From assembly GCA_044892525.1 (NCBI GenBank), contig CM097885.1:209498001-209562000 (forward strand): DNA of 64,000 bases. Direction: 5' to 3'. The notes under the pieces were generated by a model. That model was not told the DNA's origin. It did not search any database and saw only the letters and a program-made list of their open reading frames with translations. Positions 1-14,500 of this stretch are shown piece after piece. Every line of letters begins with the position of its first letter. The stretch's first letter is position 1. The DNA comes from Schmidtea polychroa. Its lineage: Eukaryota. The position numbers were made by a program, and so were the translations under genes.

Positions 1-181
1 AAACAGTTTAAAAAACATTTTTGTTATTTTTTATTTCTTAAAAACATATATTAAAGAAAATATTGAATATTAAGTATTTGTAAGTTAGTTAATTGATAAT
101 AAAGCTGAATTTGATAATATAGATTTTTGAAATTGATAATTATTTTTGATTATTAGAACTTATTATTTAAAAATCATTAAA

Positions 182-289
182 ATGCCTTCCAATGTAAGAT
201 TACGCACTCTTCTGAAAAGAAACGATTTTGAAGGCTATGGATTTAATTTACGTACTGAAGCCAATAAACCTGGTCAATTTATTATTTTG
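182..289 (+). CDS. First exon of a PDZ-domain protein (NHERF/PDZK1-like); remaining exons not traced
   Basis: Translates MPSNVRLRTLLKRNDFEGYGFNLRTEANKPGQFI, matching the N-terminal half of NHERF-type PDZ domains (R-x-C/L...GYGF-x-L...GQ[FY]I). No downstream GSPA/GDRI exon was found by eye. Confidence 0.55.
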
Positions 290-3157
290 GTGATTATTTT
301 GCTGATTACTCTGGGTTCCCACATAGTTCGGTTCTTTACACAGCTCGGATTTTCCATTAGCGAATTAATTCATTTTAATTATTTTATTTTTTCGTTATAA
401 CTTTCTTTGCGGACTCCCCATCAAATTTATATACTTTTCGGTTCGTCTAACAATTTGACGTTCAGTCACACTCGTTTCCTACGTAAAATATTAATTTTCA
501 ATTTTAAACGAATTTTAATTAATTTTGCATTTTTTTTATTTTAACCTGCTTCTATTTAATTTTTGTATCTTCCTATATTAACCCCAGCAAAAGTTTAAAG
601 GGAAATTAACTTAATTAATTACAAGTTCATATTGTCATTGATTTTGTTTCTTATTTAATTTGATTTTATCACAATTTTTATTAAGTTTCAAATTTAACTT
701 GAAACATTAACGAAAATATTTCAATTTATTGAAAGCTTAGAAAATTTAAATTTAATTATTTTCGTATTTGAAAAGATTAATTAAAAAGATTAATTACCAA
801 GTAAATAATTATATTTCATCAAATATTTCATGTTAATTAAACAAATTAGGCATTTATAAATTAATGAAAAAATTCTAAATAATTTGTTTGAATAAGAATT
901 GTTTTTTTTTATTCAATTTTCAAATTCAAATTTGATTTTCAACAGAATTTTTTAGCATTGCCTTTTCAAGTGTGTTTAAATATGAAACCTTGATCTATAA
1001 TCGAAAACTAAATGAAGATCAATGAAATTGTTAATAATAACAAATCAAAAGTAAAAATTAAGATATAAAATTTTATTGATATATTTAGTTGTGTTTAAAT
1101 AACAGATCAAATAACGAAAATATTAATGTTGTGTAAATTAATTCGGCAAATTGATAAAAACAAATGTTAATCGTATTCAATATTCGGCAGAAATGGTGCT
1201 CGAATGTCAAAATGATTTACAAAAAATATTATATATTATCAAGCGGTTTACAAATTTTCAAAAGCGCGCCGACCAATCTATCAATTTCAACATTATGTTT
1301 ATTTTTGTGTGAATTGGTACTCAAAAAATAGCGGTTCATTTCGATTTTAAACTAAACTTAGACAATCATGAAATATAAAAAATAATTTTAATAAATTAAT
1401 ATTTTTTAATATAATTATTTATTAAAAAATAATTTGTAATATTGTTGTAAGAAATCGGAAAATTAATTATGGAAGGAAATATTTTATTTTTTGACATTTT
1501 CCTGTGGTTTGAAATGTAAATTTCAGTATTTATTTACACTAAAAAAATTTTGTAAATTTCATTTTCCTTTCATGTAATTAACATAATTTCATTTGACAAA
1601 TGTTTTGACATTTTTTTTATTTTATCTGCCAAATTGAGAGCCTAAAGTGTTTTGCCGGAATGAATAAATTATTCTCTACTTATTTCTTATTGAAACATGA
1701 AATTATTAGTAATTTATTTTTATTTTTATTATAAATCAAAAAGAAAGCATTTGTTGTTACATGAAAATGGATAATAGAGGATGATCAATATGGGAGAAAT
1801 TTGATCAAGGGTGATAAAGGTATCATCTATTTTTTTAATATTAATTTTCCAAATTTTAACCTAAAGTTTCTTGATAGTAAAATTGTCTATTTATTTACAC
1901 ATTTTGCTCATCCTAAATAGTGGTATAACGAATACATTCCTAAATCTTTTTTACGCACAGCGGAATAACAATTTACGTTTATAAACGATTAGGAATTTAG
2001 TCTTGTTTGGGATATTCAAGTAAAGTCTTTAGAAAGTGATTTTCAGGTATAATGCGAATAGAGTGACTTGTACTATTCCTTAGTATTTTATGTATTTTAT
2101 TTTACTATTTTTTGTATTTTATTCAAATAATTATTAAATAAAATAATAATAAATAATGAGATAAGTTGTAATAAATTTAAGCTCGAGATCAAAATATTTT
2201 GGGAATTTTATTTTTTGATAAACAATTTCATTATTATAATTTCTTCGTTATAGTAAAAACTATTTCTTTTGATATCACAATTAGTAGGGAATAAAATGTT
2301 ATGAAAGAAAATAATTAAAAGCAACAAAAGCAAAGAAAATAAAAATATTTTGATTAATTAAAATTTTTAAAACCAGCAATAAAACTTCACAGAAAATTCT
2401 GAAAAATTAATTATAATATATTGCACAGAATATTTATTCAGCTTTTGGGGTTTATTAAATTATTTAAACTTTTTATATATTTTTGAAATTGAATGAAACT
2501 TTTAATGAAAATTAATGTGCAAAATGCTGTGAACTAACGCGTTTTAAATGTTTTTAAATCGTTTCAGTGGTTAAATTGGTATGTTAATTGGTATGTTTTT
2601 TAATTTATTGATTATTAAAATTAAAAATTATTTGGATGTCAATAAAATACAATTTTAAATTTTAAATATATATATATATATATATATTGATGTTTTAATT
2701 AAAATCAAGAACTATTTAAATTTAAATTAAATTTTAAAACTTTTCATAATAATTTTAAAATTTGTATTATTAAATCCTATCTGATGATAACAGTCAGACA
2801 ATCGAATTATATCGTGAAACATGTGTTTGAGTTGCGCTTTCTAATAATTAAACCATTGTCATGTTTATTTCATTATTTTTATCATTTTATCTAATTCTAT
2901 TATCTGTAATAATTTTATGAGGTTTCTTTAACTATAAAAATTTTGAACGCATGAACATCAAACGTCATTTTTTCAAATAGAGTGCTTGAAGCGAAGAATA
3001 GTTTTTACTGACGGACATTTTCAAAACATTCACCAAGTCCGTGAATTATTATCCGCGTTTGGATAACATGGTTAACAGCAGCAATAAAATTGGTATTATT
3101 AAAAAATTAATTATTATTGTTGCAACTTTTCATCGGAATATCAACAGCTATTTTAAT

Positions 3158-4527
3158 TACCGTATTACTTCGAATACAAGCCGCACTTTTTCCTTACATT
3201 TTTAATGTGCAAAATTAGAGTGCGACTTATATTCGAAGTAATAAGCAATTTATAAAAAGTTGAATTTGAAGCCTAAAATCGGAAGGTATCATGCAATTGA
3301 CGCAGTTGTCTGCTCTTATGTGAAGAAATTACGAAGTAAAGGTTTTCCAGTGACGAGGGACTCAGTTATGGTTAAAGCTAGAAAGTGTACTAAAGGTTCT
3401 GGCGTCATATATAAAGCAAGTTGGTGATGGTGCGAAAAGTTCATGAAACGGGAAGGATTATCACTGTGAAGAAGGATTTTCGGAGAAAAACTACTCAGTT
3501 TACTTTATCCTATTTAAAATACCTATCATAAAACCTGTGGCTTAAATTCGAGGTTGATTTCTTTCTAATTTTAAAGTGTTAAAACCTTATTGTGGCTTAA
3601 ATTCAAGGGCGGCTTATATTCGAAGTAATGTTGAGGATGCCTAAATAACAATTTATAAAGAAATAAATAAAATTACCTGGGGAAAGATCGCCATGACAAA
3701 CGGGACGATCTATTGGAACTCAGAAAAGAAAACGGAAGTAAAAAGAAATAAAAAATGAGAATGATAAAGGAAATAAAAGGAATCAAACAGGAAAATTTAA
3801 ACCAAGGTCAGTACTAATTTATTAGTACAAAAAAACAGGAATTTTGAAATCGGGGAAAAAGGAAAACAACAATATCCTTATCTCGACAGCTTGCCAGGGA
3901 TAATAGAATTGATGGTAGAAGGTGGTCAAACAAAAAAGGGATAAGGGAAAAGCAGGAGAAGGAAAGTGGAAAAACACTCGATTATCTAGAGTGCCACAAG
4001 AGAAGCGAACTATATAAGGGAAAACTGGTGGACATGAAAGGAGAGTAAAATTTAGAGACAAAGTGACGCGAAATTTAAAACGATTTGAGATACGATTTTA
4101 GAGACGATTTGAGAGATAAAATTATTGGAGAAAATTAGACGTTGGACGAAACGTTGTTGGACAAACGATTGTCAAAAATAATTGTAAAGGAAATAATTGT
4201 GAAAAATAATTATTGGAGAAGAGTTGAAGAAAAGAATTAGTTGAATAATAAAACGAAAAGAAGTTATTTGATTATTTGAATAAAGTTTGTAAGAAAGTCA
4301 AAGAAAACAACCAGCTCAAAATCCTAGTTTAGAAACGAATCAGTAATTTGTGATCTTTTAATCTGGTATTATACGCAAGTGCTATTTCTCACCGAGTGTT
4401 GCAATAAGCATTGTATAGTCACCAAGCAGAGTGTTGAATTTATTGCCAGTGTAAAGAGAAATAAAGATTTCTGTGGTCAAGTGTTATTTTTGAATCGCCA
4501 ACTCAATAACCCAATAGTAATAGAGTA
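3158..4527 (+). mobile_element. pogo/Tigger-derived non-autonomous element, with a solo LTR inserted in its right TIR
   Basis: Left TIR TACCGTATTACTTCGAATACAAGCCG. Right TIR CGGCTTATATTCGAAGTAA is interrupted at 3629 and resumes as GTAATAGAGTA after 4516. An internal decayed CENP-B-type HTH (KLRSKGFPVTRDSVMVKARK...WCEKFMKREGLSL) lies at about 3280-3470. Confidence 0.8.
3629..4516 (+). mobile_element. Solo LTR (family L1), 888 bp
   Basis: Starts TGTTGAGGAT and ends AACCCAATA (decayed CCCAACA), flanked by a 4-bp GTAA duplication. TATATAAG near 4010 and AATAAA near 4279. The first ~120 nt match the reverse complement of 10320-10440. Confidence 0.8.
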
Positions 4528-5492
4528 CTTAATTAATATTGACAAAATATTCATAATTAAATAATCCAACCTCTTTTGATGGTATTTTAAAATTAGTAAA
4601 AAAGGAAAATAACTAATCTATTTAGTAAAATCATCAATGAATCCGCATCAGTGATAAATAAGAATATTTTAATAATATTTTTAAAAATATTTTAATTTTT
4701 AATTTTTAATAGCTAATAAATTAATGATTTAAATAATAATTTCAAAAATGTAATTAAATTCTTTCAATGTGCTAATATATAAATAATTAAAGCAATAAAT
4801 AGCATCAAACAACAACATACATTCCACTATCTTTAGCTGAATTGTTATTATAATAATTAATTTAATTAATTAACTTAATAGCATTCTCACGATGTTATTG
4901 TTGGTTTTAATTATAGTTTTCAATACCATTTTAATATCTAGTGAAACCTGGTTATAAAAGAAACAATTGATGCTGCTAAATCAAAGACAGACTTAAAAGT
5001 TGTCTTTTGATTATAATTTCATTTGATTGAAATTTATAAAATTCTTTTTCTAATCTAAAGAGGACATTTAACTTTTTTCATAAGTTGTTTCAAGAATATA
5101 TTAAAACAAAAACAATTTTTTTATATATATTTATGACATTCCGAGCAATGTAATTATACAATTTCAACATACCACAAACATCTAAATATATTGATATTTA
5201 TAAATACACCTTACAGGCAGTTTTTTGGGTTATTTGAGTGAAAGTGAATTTTTTATTGTTGAAATTTTACGATCATATATTCTTGAATGTAAATATACTG
5301 TTGTATTTTGAGAGTCACTGTGATTCCCAGGATTTGTATTTGTGCTAATGAAACTTTTTAGTGTCTAAACATAGGTTTTCGGAATATTTAAATGTCCTAA
5401 ACTAGTATTTTGGTAAGTTTTCATATATATTATATTAGGAGTACTTATTTTGTGGTCAATTCTTTCATAAACCTTTCATAGACAAAGTAGAG

Positions 5493-5986
5493 CAGGGATA
5501 TTCAACTGGCGGCCCGCGGGCCTGATCAGGCCCGCCGAAATTTGAAAAAGGCCCTTTCAAGATCTTGGAATATTACACATTTATAAAAATATTTGGTGAT
5601 ATCTGCATAAAAACGCACAGGTATTGAAAATGTGTTTGTAAGTTTGAATAGGAAACGGGGTTTACTTAATATTTAATAAAATTAATATGTGTTTAAGCGG
5701 CTGTGATCATTTAAATTTCTTGGAAAATGCGTCTAACGCCAGAAAAATTAAAAGAAAAAATGGCAATAAAGTTATTAATTTAAAATGCGCCAGGAAAATA
5801 TATAATAATATCAAAATAAATGGTAAACATTATAATACTTGGTAATAGAATAACAATTACTAAAACCAGTTTATTTTTGTTACTTTGTAATCCGCTACAA
5901 AACTAACTACTTTTTAATTGATACGGCCCTCGATTGCCGTTATAAGATAAATTTGGCCCTTCATAATATTTAGTTGAATACCCATG
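5493..5986. mobile_element. hAT-type MITE
   Basis: TIRs CAGGGATATTCAAC / GTTGAATACCCATG with a perfect 8-bp TSD AAGTAGAG (5485-5492 and 5987-5994). Confidence 0.9.
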
Positions 5987-7180
5987 AAGTAGAGTATCTT
6001 TTTCATTTTTGTCTTTTCGAGAAACAAAAAAGATCTTCAACATAATCATTCATTGTTACAAAAATTCCGTTATCATAAAAAAATTTATCAAAGATTTTAA
6101 ATAATTTTCTTAGAATTGGTGAAAAATTATCCAGATTTTTTCCAAAATTATCCAATATATTCCATGTGTATTCCACAATATTTTTGGGTAGCTCCAAATT
6201 TCACTTTTCTTTATTTTGTATTTCAAATTATCACTTTGATGTTTTAAATAAGGTAGTAGATAAATTTTCACTTCCAAATCAATAAAATAATTTTAAATAA
6301 AAATTATATTTTCTTAATAATTAATTTATGAAATTTGCAAAAAATGTTTAATAATTAATTAAAAATTTTTTAATTTTTTAGATTGTTAAGTAATATTATA
6401 AATAATATTTATTCAATAATATTTATAAAGAATCAATGTATAATCCAATGATCATGGAAACGGAAAAAAAACCATTATTCAGTGTTACACAAGCGTGAAA
6501 TTCTATGTAGTAGTGCTTACATGCATTCTTGTAGTTTATAAAAAATATTTTAAAAAATAATATTTTACAATTTTTTATCTCGATTAGCAGTGACTAAACT
6601 TTGCATTCGTAGGTGGACATAGGAAATTAAGAGAACAAGGAAACGCTTTTGCCAAATTTAACACGTATTTCAATTATTCTCAATTAGGGCTTTCGATTGC
6701 GAAGATTTTTTCAAAACTGGGATTACGGTACTGGAACCGGGAATTTAAATGTTAAACTTATTAGAGAAATCAGAATTGGAACAGAGGTTTTATTTTTATT
6801 TTTCAGTTATTATTAAGTTTGCTAAAATTGCGTCGATGTTGGCCTCGAAAAAAAGAATATTTTTGTTGTAGAAGGAGAGGGGTTATTAATAAGAAACACA
6901 TCTATTTAAATTTTATACAATCTATTAAATTGTAAATGTGATATTATTTGGTTATCTGTGATGTTATTTTATTATTATTGAATGTACTCGTATCCTCCTT
7001 TAGTAATTTCAGGATGTCACCATTTTTCTATTTATTTATTGTTACTATAATTACTTTATATTATTAAATTTAAGTTATTCTATCATATAATTAAGTAATA
7101 TAATTTTAGATTATGATATGATATTAACACGTTCCCGCACAGGACGGCTATAGCCGTTCATTTTTTGGTAATGTTATAGA

Positions 7181-8156
7181 CAGGTGGTCTTCAAACTTCA
7201 AAAGCTTGCGGGACCCTTATGTGAAATAAATTTATTTATGGATAGTTAGATTTCTATGTGCTTTTTAAATTAACTCACTTACTTATATGTATGTTTTATT
7301 AATTTATATATGCCCCATTATTCGTATTAAAAATTAAAAAGTACAAATATACAATTAAAACTAATTATCTGTTTTTGTTAATTTATTGATTTCATAAGAA
7401 CTAAAACAAGTCAGTGGAGTACGCTTTAATTAAGTAAAATTTTGCTTTTCTTACTTCCTTTTAACACATTAAAATTTTCGCCTTGATTTTTTGTCAACAT
7501 AATCATCAATTATATCAGAAAAATCTATATTTTATGTAAACTCTGTTTCTATTGATAATATAGCTAATGCGTTTAAGTGTTGTTCCTTTATAGTAGATCT
7601 TAAATAGGTTTTCAATCTTTTCAATAACGAAAAACTGCGTTCCGCAGAACAGTTACTTAAATGCGTGCACAAAAATATTCTTAAGATTATATTTATATTT
7701 GGACAAACAATTTCTAATTTTTTGCTAAATATTAATTTACTGAGTGTAGTGCCTCTGACTAGCACTTTTATTAATTTAATAATTGAACTAAAAATATATT
7801 ATTAAATTAATTAAATTAAAATTAAAAATTAGAAACAATTGTTTGAATAATCTTTTACTTTCACTTTTTACAAAAATCATGATCAAATTTAATTTAAAAA
7901 ATCATCAAATTCAAACATGTCTAACGAAGTAACTGAAGTTGTCACTGAAGTCGAACAAGTCGAACAAGTTGAAGAAGATGAAGAATCATCAAATCGAGTC
8001 AAAATCAATAGATCAAATATGTCAGAAATACAGGAAACAGAAACATTCATCGTATTCACAATGATATCTCTAGTGATGTTCAAGTTCTTCAACAATGTTA
8101 ATAACGCGATAAATTATTTGTTCAAGTTAATTGTATGTCTCTACACTGAGCTCTAA
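7181..8156 (-). pseudogene. Degenerate hAT transposon remnant with the C-terminal dimerisation (hATC) domain
   Basis: 7532-7765 (minus) encodes PNINIILRIFL...SNCSAERSFSLLKRLKTYLRSTI...LNALAILSIE, the typical hATC motif. A hAT-like terminus CAGGTGGTCTTCAAAC is at 7181. Confidence 0.75.
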
Positions 8157-8871
8157 TATCGAATTTTCAGAAATTTCATTAGCTTTCAAATATGAACTAA
8201 AGTACATACATTATTCCATAAAACATTCATCTAAATCGTTCTTGTATATCTGATATAAATTTTCTGCATTTTCTAATATTAATTTAGGTTGGTATTTCGT
8301 TAAATTGTTTAAAAATTCAAACTTTTTGTAAATTAATTCATATGCTTCAAGCCTCTTTTTCAGTTCTTCACTAAGACATGAAATTATAACACACTATTCA
8401 ACCCAGCTGTTCCGTCACAGTTTTGTTTTTTTTAAAGGAGACTACTGGGTCCTATATATATCTTATATACATAGACTACAATTCATTTAACTACAATACA
8501 ATTAACGTAACATATTTCTAAAAGTAAAATAATAATAATCCTTACCCATAATTAGAATAATTTAAATCGAATGATATGACATAATATACAATTGTAAATA
8601 TTAACGTAAAATATCAGAGGTAAAAATTGAAAATATGTTTTTGTATATAGTAATAAAATACATTCCTGTTAGCTGTCAATGAAATATGATAAACCTCTTG
8701 TTGAAACGAGGTGGTGAAACTAATGTTGAAGTAATGCCGGAGAACAGAAAATGTGAAACAAAAACTGTCAAAAGATCTACTACTGTTTGTTCGCGTATAA
8801 CTCGCGCCGGCGAACTATTCAAATTCACTCATTTTTTCGAATTTTAAAATTTTTTGAAAATATGTGAATTG

Positions 8872-8902
<31 letters not shown>

Positions 8903-9540
8903 ATTATTATATTTTTAATTTCAATGAATAAATGTAATGAAAATATTCTAGTGAGTTAGAAAGTTCACAAGGTCTACATTAAATGTGATTTTAAACATCT
9001 TCTCGAATAGAGAGGAAAAGGCTGTCTTCAGCAAAAATGTACATGTCTGCAATCTCTATTTTACTTTCGAAAATCTCAAAACCTCACTCTATAGTGCGAT
9101 GAATAGTCACCAAATAATCCTCTTTCAGTACAATTTTGCACTTAAAAATTAATATAATTTCCTTATAGTCAAAAAGATTCATGTGACTATAGTCAGAATG
9201 TTTACTTTGCAATAGAAACTCTATTATAAATTCAAAAATATTTGACGAGAAGAGAATTTTTGTAACTCATACTATAAGCTTTCGCTACGGTGGGTCTCGA
9301 TAATTCAAAGTGAATTAGGAAGCTCACATCCAAGTACTTTCGCCTGTCAAACTCGGAAATTTTGTTTAGAATTGAATTGATTAATCGATTTCAATTAGTC
9401 ACTTAATTTGTATATTTTCAATAACAGTCTAAGAACCCCTTCCATCGATTTAAAATTATATTCGTATTCGTTTCATAATTTGCCTCGTAGTGCATTTTGA
9501 CTATATTTATACAAACTTAAAAAACTTAGTTGAAAATAAT

Positions 9541-10440
9541 TGTTGGGTTTTTTGGATCGGTGATGAATTATAAATTCACAAATTCACAATTCTCGAACAA
9601 GATAAACCTTTATTTAATCATAATAGATTATACAAGTTGCAATTAACAGCCAATTTATTCTAGTATAGAAAATTATCCAGAGCTTATTACGTCACAACGT
9701 GAAGAATAGCTCTCTGTGTACAATTTTGCTAATAACAATAATAATCACTAATCGTCGATCGATTTATTCACATAATACGCTGCTTGATTGCTCTATTACT
9801 TTGACCACTTTAGTTCACTCCCTTTTCGCTCTTATATTAGGTTTTCAAAGCTATGGTTGTGCTTCCTCTCAAATATCTCCTCTTGGCTACTTTAAGTTCA
9901 AACAAAATTCAAATTTCTCCTCGACTTCTAAACTCTTTTATTTAAATTTTTAACTCTCCTATTTATTCTCCCTTTTCTCACTAATTCTGGTTTCTGTATC
10001 TTTCAATTTTATAGTTTGTTAGATTTGCTGTACTTGAGATAATTTTGTTTTTTCATTTTTCTCCTTCCCGTATTTTCCACTGTCCTTACCATATCTCTGA
10101 CATGTCGATATATGCTTTGATTTTTACCTTTTATGTTAGGCCGACTCTTCTTAAACTTTTTATATCTTTGACAATGTCTCAAGATATAAATTTTCTCCTG
10201 TTTTGTTTTTGAATTTCTTTTTCCCATTTTGTACTTGCCAATTAATAATGGCCTTTGTTTTAATATATTGTTTGCTTTCTTTTGTTTGATTTATCTTTCT
10301 CATCTCTTGCTTCCTTTTACTTCCTTTTACTTCCGTCTTCTTCTCCGCGTTCCTATAAATCGTCATGTTTGTCATGACGATTTTCCCTCAGGTAATTTTA
10401 TTTATTTTTCATATTATTTATTATTCAGATATCCTCAACA
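9541..10440 (-). mobile_element. Solo LTR (family L1), 900 bp
   Basis: On the minus strand it starts TGTTGAGGATATC and ends CCAAAAAACCCAACA. Flanks are TAAT/AAAT (4-bp TSD with one mismatch). Homologous to 3629-4516. Confidence 0.8.
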
Positions 10441-10850
10441 AAATGAAAATTTCAAAAAAGAAAACAAAAATGAGTCAAATCTAAACAAAAATAACGTTTT
10501 CATTATTAAAATTATAGACAGAATTCGAAATTGTTTCAATTCAAAGACAAAATCTATTTCTTCGTCAATATCTTACTCTAATACTCAAAACAATAATTTC
10601 AATATCATTTAAGAAGCTGTGGTACAATAATAAAAATTAAAATATAAAGTGATAATTTCTTGGTAGCAGCATTAATTAAAAGATTAACAAGTAAATGATA
10701 ATATTAATATAAGCCGTTTGCTTCAAAGTATATATTGAAATAAATGAAATAATTTTCAATTATAAAAATAATAATAATCAATTTAATGATTATTTTTATA
10801 ATCGAAAAGTAAATATTTTATTCAATATATACTTTACAGCAAAAGGCATA

Positions 10851-11273
10851 TACCGTATTTATTTTCTTATAACACACATTTTCCTATAACACACAGGCTT
10901 TAATATTATCGTTCAATACTTTTTTAATTTTTAAAAACACTCAACAAGCAAATGAAGGCATTTTCAAAGCAAAAGTTCCCCAAAGAGATGTTTTGATTGA
11001 TTGGGTTGACTCTGCCTGGGAGCAGCTGTCTCATGCTACGATGATTTCTGGATTTTCAAAACCGGGCTATATTGACAGACATGAAGGTATTGATGAGCCC
11101 CTGGGTCAGGGCATTCAAGATTCCAATTTAGTTGGAAATAGCAGCCTTTATCTGCCTGATCAATATTTTGAATAAACATTCTAGCTTTCCGTAATTTGAA
11201 TGTACGGTTTTAATTTTCATATATCAAACAGAAAATTATTAAAGGTGTGTGTTATAAGAAAATAAATACGGTA
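10851..11273 (+). mobile_element. pogo-like MITE / deletion derivative
   Basis: Perfect 27-bp TIRs TACCGTATTTATTTTCTTATAACACAC, including terminal TA. Internal remnant IDWVDSAWEQL...ISGFSKPG resembles the pogo DDE C-terminal segment. Confidence 0.85.
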
Positions 11274-11591
11274 TTATCATTTAATTATTTAACAATTAAA
11301 ATATTTTAAAATTAACTTCACATTCTTTTGTAATATAATTTTTTTTATTTTTTATTTATTTTTCATTTTGGAATTCATTTTTTATCAATTCCTTAAATGA
11401 GAGGCAATGAACCAAGATATGGAACAAATGGCAATATAATTGTTTGTTTAAACTGATATAATTTTTTTCAGGATTATTTAAGTTATTTATAATGGTGAAA
11501 TCGAATGTCAAATTTAAGATAATCTTACTTTATTTTATCAACATTAAAATGATAAAGAAATAAAAACATAATTTATAATAAATCTGAAAAA

Positions 11592-14500
11592 TCAATAATT
11601 ATTTTTTTCCGCTAGCCTAGGTTCAACAACTTTGGTTTCTTTTATTTTGATATTTTTTATCGGCCTTTCATTCACAGTTGTCACTGCTTCCATTTTCTTC
11701 AGGGTTTCACTTCCTTCAATTATAGATCTGGCGATAATTCTGATAAAAAATTGTCTAATAATATTATTACAAACCCAAATGCTACATAGCGAGTGTCCAT
11801 CCAAGAGCCGGGAGCAAGAGTTATGAAAAATTGAGATTGATTCGTATGTCTTCCTCTGTTAGCCATACTAAGAATGCCACGTCTGTCATGTTTTATAGCA
11901 AAACTTTCATCTAATTTTTAAAATTTAAGTGATAATATATTTGATGATAATAAAGATTTTATAAAATTATCCGATAACGCTTGATACTGTTATCTTTGGA
12001 GTCTTAGTGGGTTCATAATAAGGTATCCCTTGAGCTAAAAAATACAGCTACAATGAAAACTAATTATTTATAGAAATTGTTAATTTATTCATATAACAAC
12101 AAACAAAATTATCAGTGTACATATTAAAATTTTCACGAAGCATTTTTATCTGCAAAACCATTGATTATATCAGTTGTTAGTTGTTATACTTTTAGGATTT
12201 ATAACGTTCATAATTAAAAATCAAATATTTATTGAATTCAAAACAATTCAATTTGTTTGCAATATTCAAACAAATCTCCACGAAGATTTTTATTTAACGT
12301 CGAGTAATATAAGCCTAAGGAATTTGTATACCACGTCAATCCAGAACATACATTCATTGTTCCTTAACAGTAAATGGTCACAGAATTTTGTAATTTATGT
12401 CGATTATGAAAGTTTTAGAGTTTAAGGTTGCCATTATTTTTTATTTTGGTATATTAGTTGTAAATTAATATATAAGGGTTTACACCAAAAAAATAAAAAT
12501 TGGTTAAATTTTTGGTCTTTTTATTTATTATAATAATTTTTGTTTTAAAATAATAACTAAAGCTTCTAGTTTGTATTTAAGGTGTGTCCTTGTTTTACTA
12601 CATCAATTTTACTGATTTCGTTGTTTGTAAAAGAATGAAGAGGTTAGCGAATGATATCATTTTGTACTATAAGACTCATTCTAAGGCTCCAACTGTACAT
12701 AAATTTACAGGCCTTTTGTCAAGATAAAGATAAGATTATTCAGAAATATGAAAATGATGGTACCACTGAAAGAAGGTCTGAAAGTGACAGAAAATATGTG
12801 AAGATTATCAGATCTTGTCGAAAGAGGTTGGTGGACTTAGTCAGCGGTAAGATAGATCAAAGCCTCGGAAAACTTGCAAGGAAATTTAACTTTTCGAAGT
12901 TTTATATTACCAGAGTATTAAAAGAAGCTGTTGTTATGTATAGAAAGAGAATGGATGCCATTAATGTAAATCTTCTCAACAAATCTGTCAGTCTGAGTGA
13001 ATTGAAATTTTGAAATATTTATGCATTAAGAAAGTGAAAACAAAATTTGTATTGGATGATTGAGCGTACTATGTTTCCTCAGATCAAAACCACAGTGTCC
13101 CAGATTAGATCCGCCTAAATTTCCGTCAAAATATTTCCCCCTAAAGTATTGGTGTGGGTTGTTGTGTCAAGGAATGGATTGCTGGTCTGAAAATCAAATT
13201 TTGAGGCCCTCAAGGCTTTCATTTACATTAAAGAATGTCTGCAGCAGCACCTCCACAGTTAGCACCACAGTTAGAACCTTAATCACAGCTGGCTAAAACG
13301 CATTTCAGACACTTTTGCTATTTATTACTATCTATCTATATGAAATTGTATTTTTATTACTTGCACATAAGAAAAGGTAAGAAATTACTCATATACAAGT
13401 GATGACTTTTTCAAAAAAGGAGCCTCGCTTTAAAAGCTTATTACGAATAAACCACAATTATAATTATAATTATTAATTTTAAATATTAAATTCAACTATT
13501 TACTTATAAAATAGTATGCACGGAACGGAACAAAACGATAAATATTGTATAATATAAAGTTTAAATTTTTACCGAGAAAACCGGTAAAAAATAATGAATT
13601 TACCGGTTTTTCGGTAATGAATTTTTTAGCAATTTACCGGTTAACCGGTAAATCGGTTAACCGGTAAATCGGTTAATCGGTATTGCAAGCCCTAACCACA
13701 ACAACGTAACCATTAAAAATCTAGATATTGTTTTGTGTGTAAATGTAAATTTATTTCTGTTTTAAATAAAAAAATTATTTTGAAATAAATTTAAGTTTTT
13801 AAATAAAATAAATAAACACATTTTGCAAAGGAGCACGAGAATTTATTTTTAGGTTAAAGGGGGTAATGATCATTTAAAAGGTTGATAACCACTAATCTAT
13901 AGTATAAAATAAAGATAGTTATTAACATTAATATTTGTATTGTAAATAAAATCCTAGTTACCTTCGAATGTGGGACCATAAATAGATTCGCCACCACTTC
14001 CACGGCCATACCAAATATCTAAAATCATAAATTAAATTCAAAACAATAGCTTTCCATGATAACAGGTAACGTGAAACTATAAAAAAATTTACATTTTAAA
14101 CATATTAAATTTGCTCAAGAAAAATGATAATGATATAAGACAATAAATCAAATATAATAAAGACCTACAATAAATTTGTTTGTGATTTACATATTTACTG
14201 TCATGATTGTAATGTTTTTCAGTACCCCTGTACTAAATTGTATTTTATTTTATGTAGTTAGATCAGTAATAAGTACAAATTTAACATATAAAAACCAAAA
14301 TAGAGACTCATATCAAGAAAAACTAATGAAATTTGGAAAGATTCAAAGTTTTGGGAAGTGATTTCTGAAAAATATGAAATTCATTCAACCGATACTTATC
14401 ACAGACATTCAGATTTATAATTAGAAAGAATTTATATTAAGAATACCGGAAAGTAATCAATTATGTAATTTCCATTTTTATTTATAATGATTTGTTAAGG

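Noticed and set aside
3629-4342. LTR end at GAATCA|GTAA (4342)
   Set aside because: Homology to the other family copies continues to 4516, where the family terminus, the GTAA TSD and the rest of the pogo TIR coincide.
6003-6197. Minus-strand 64-aa ORF that looks exon-like
   Set aside because: It begins at TTG after a stop with no in-phase acceptor and has no recognisable homology.
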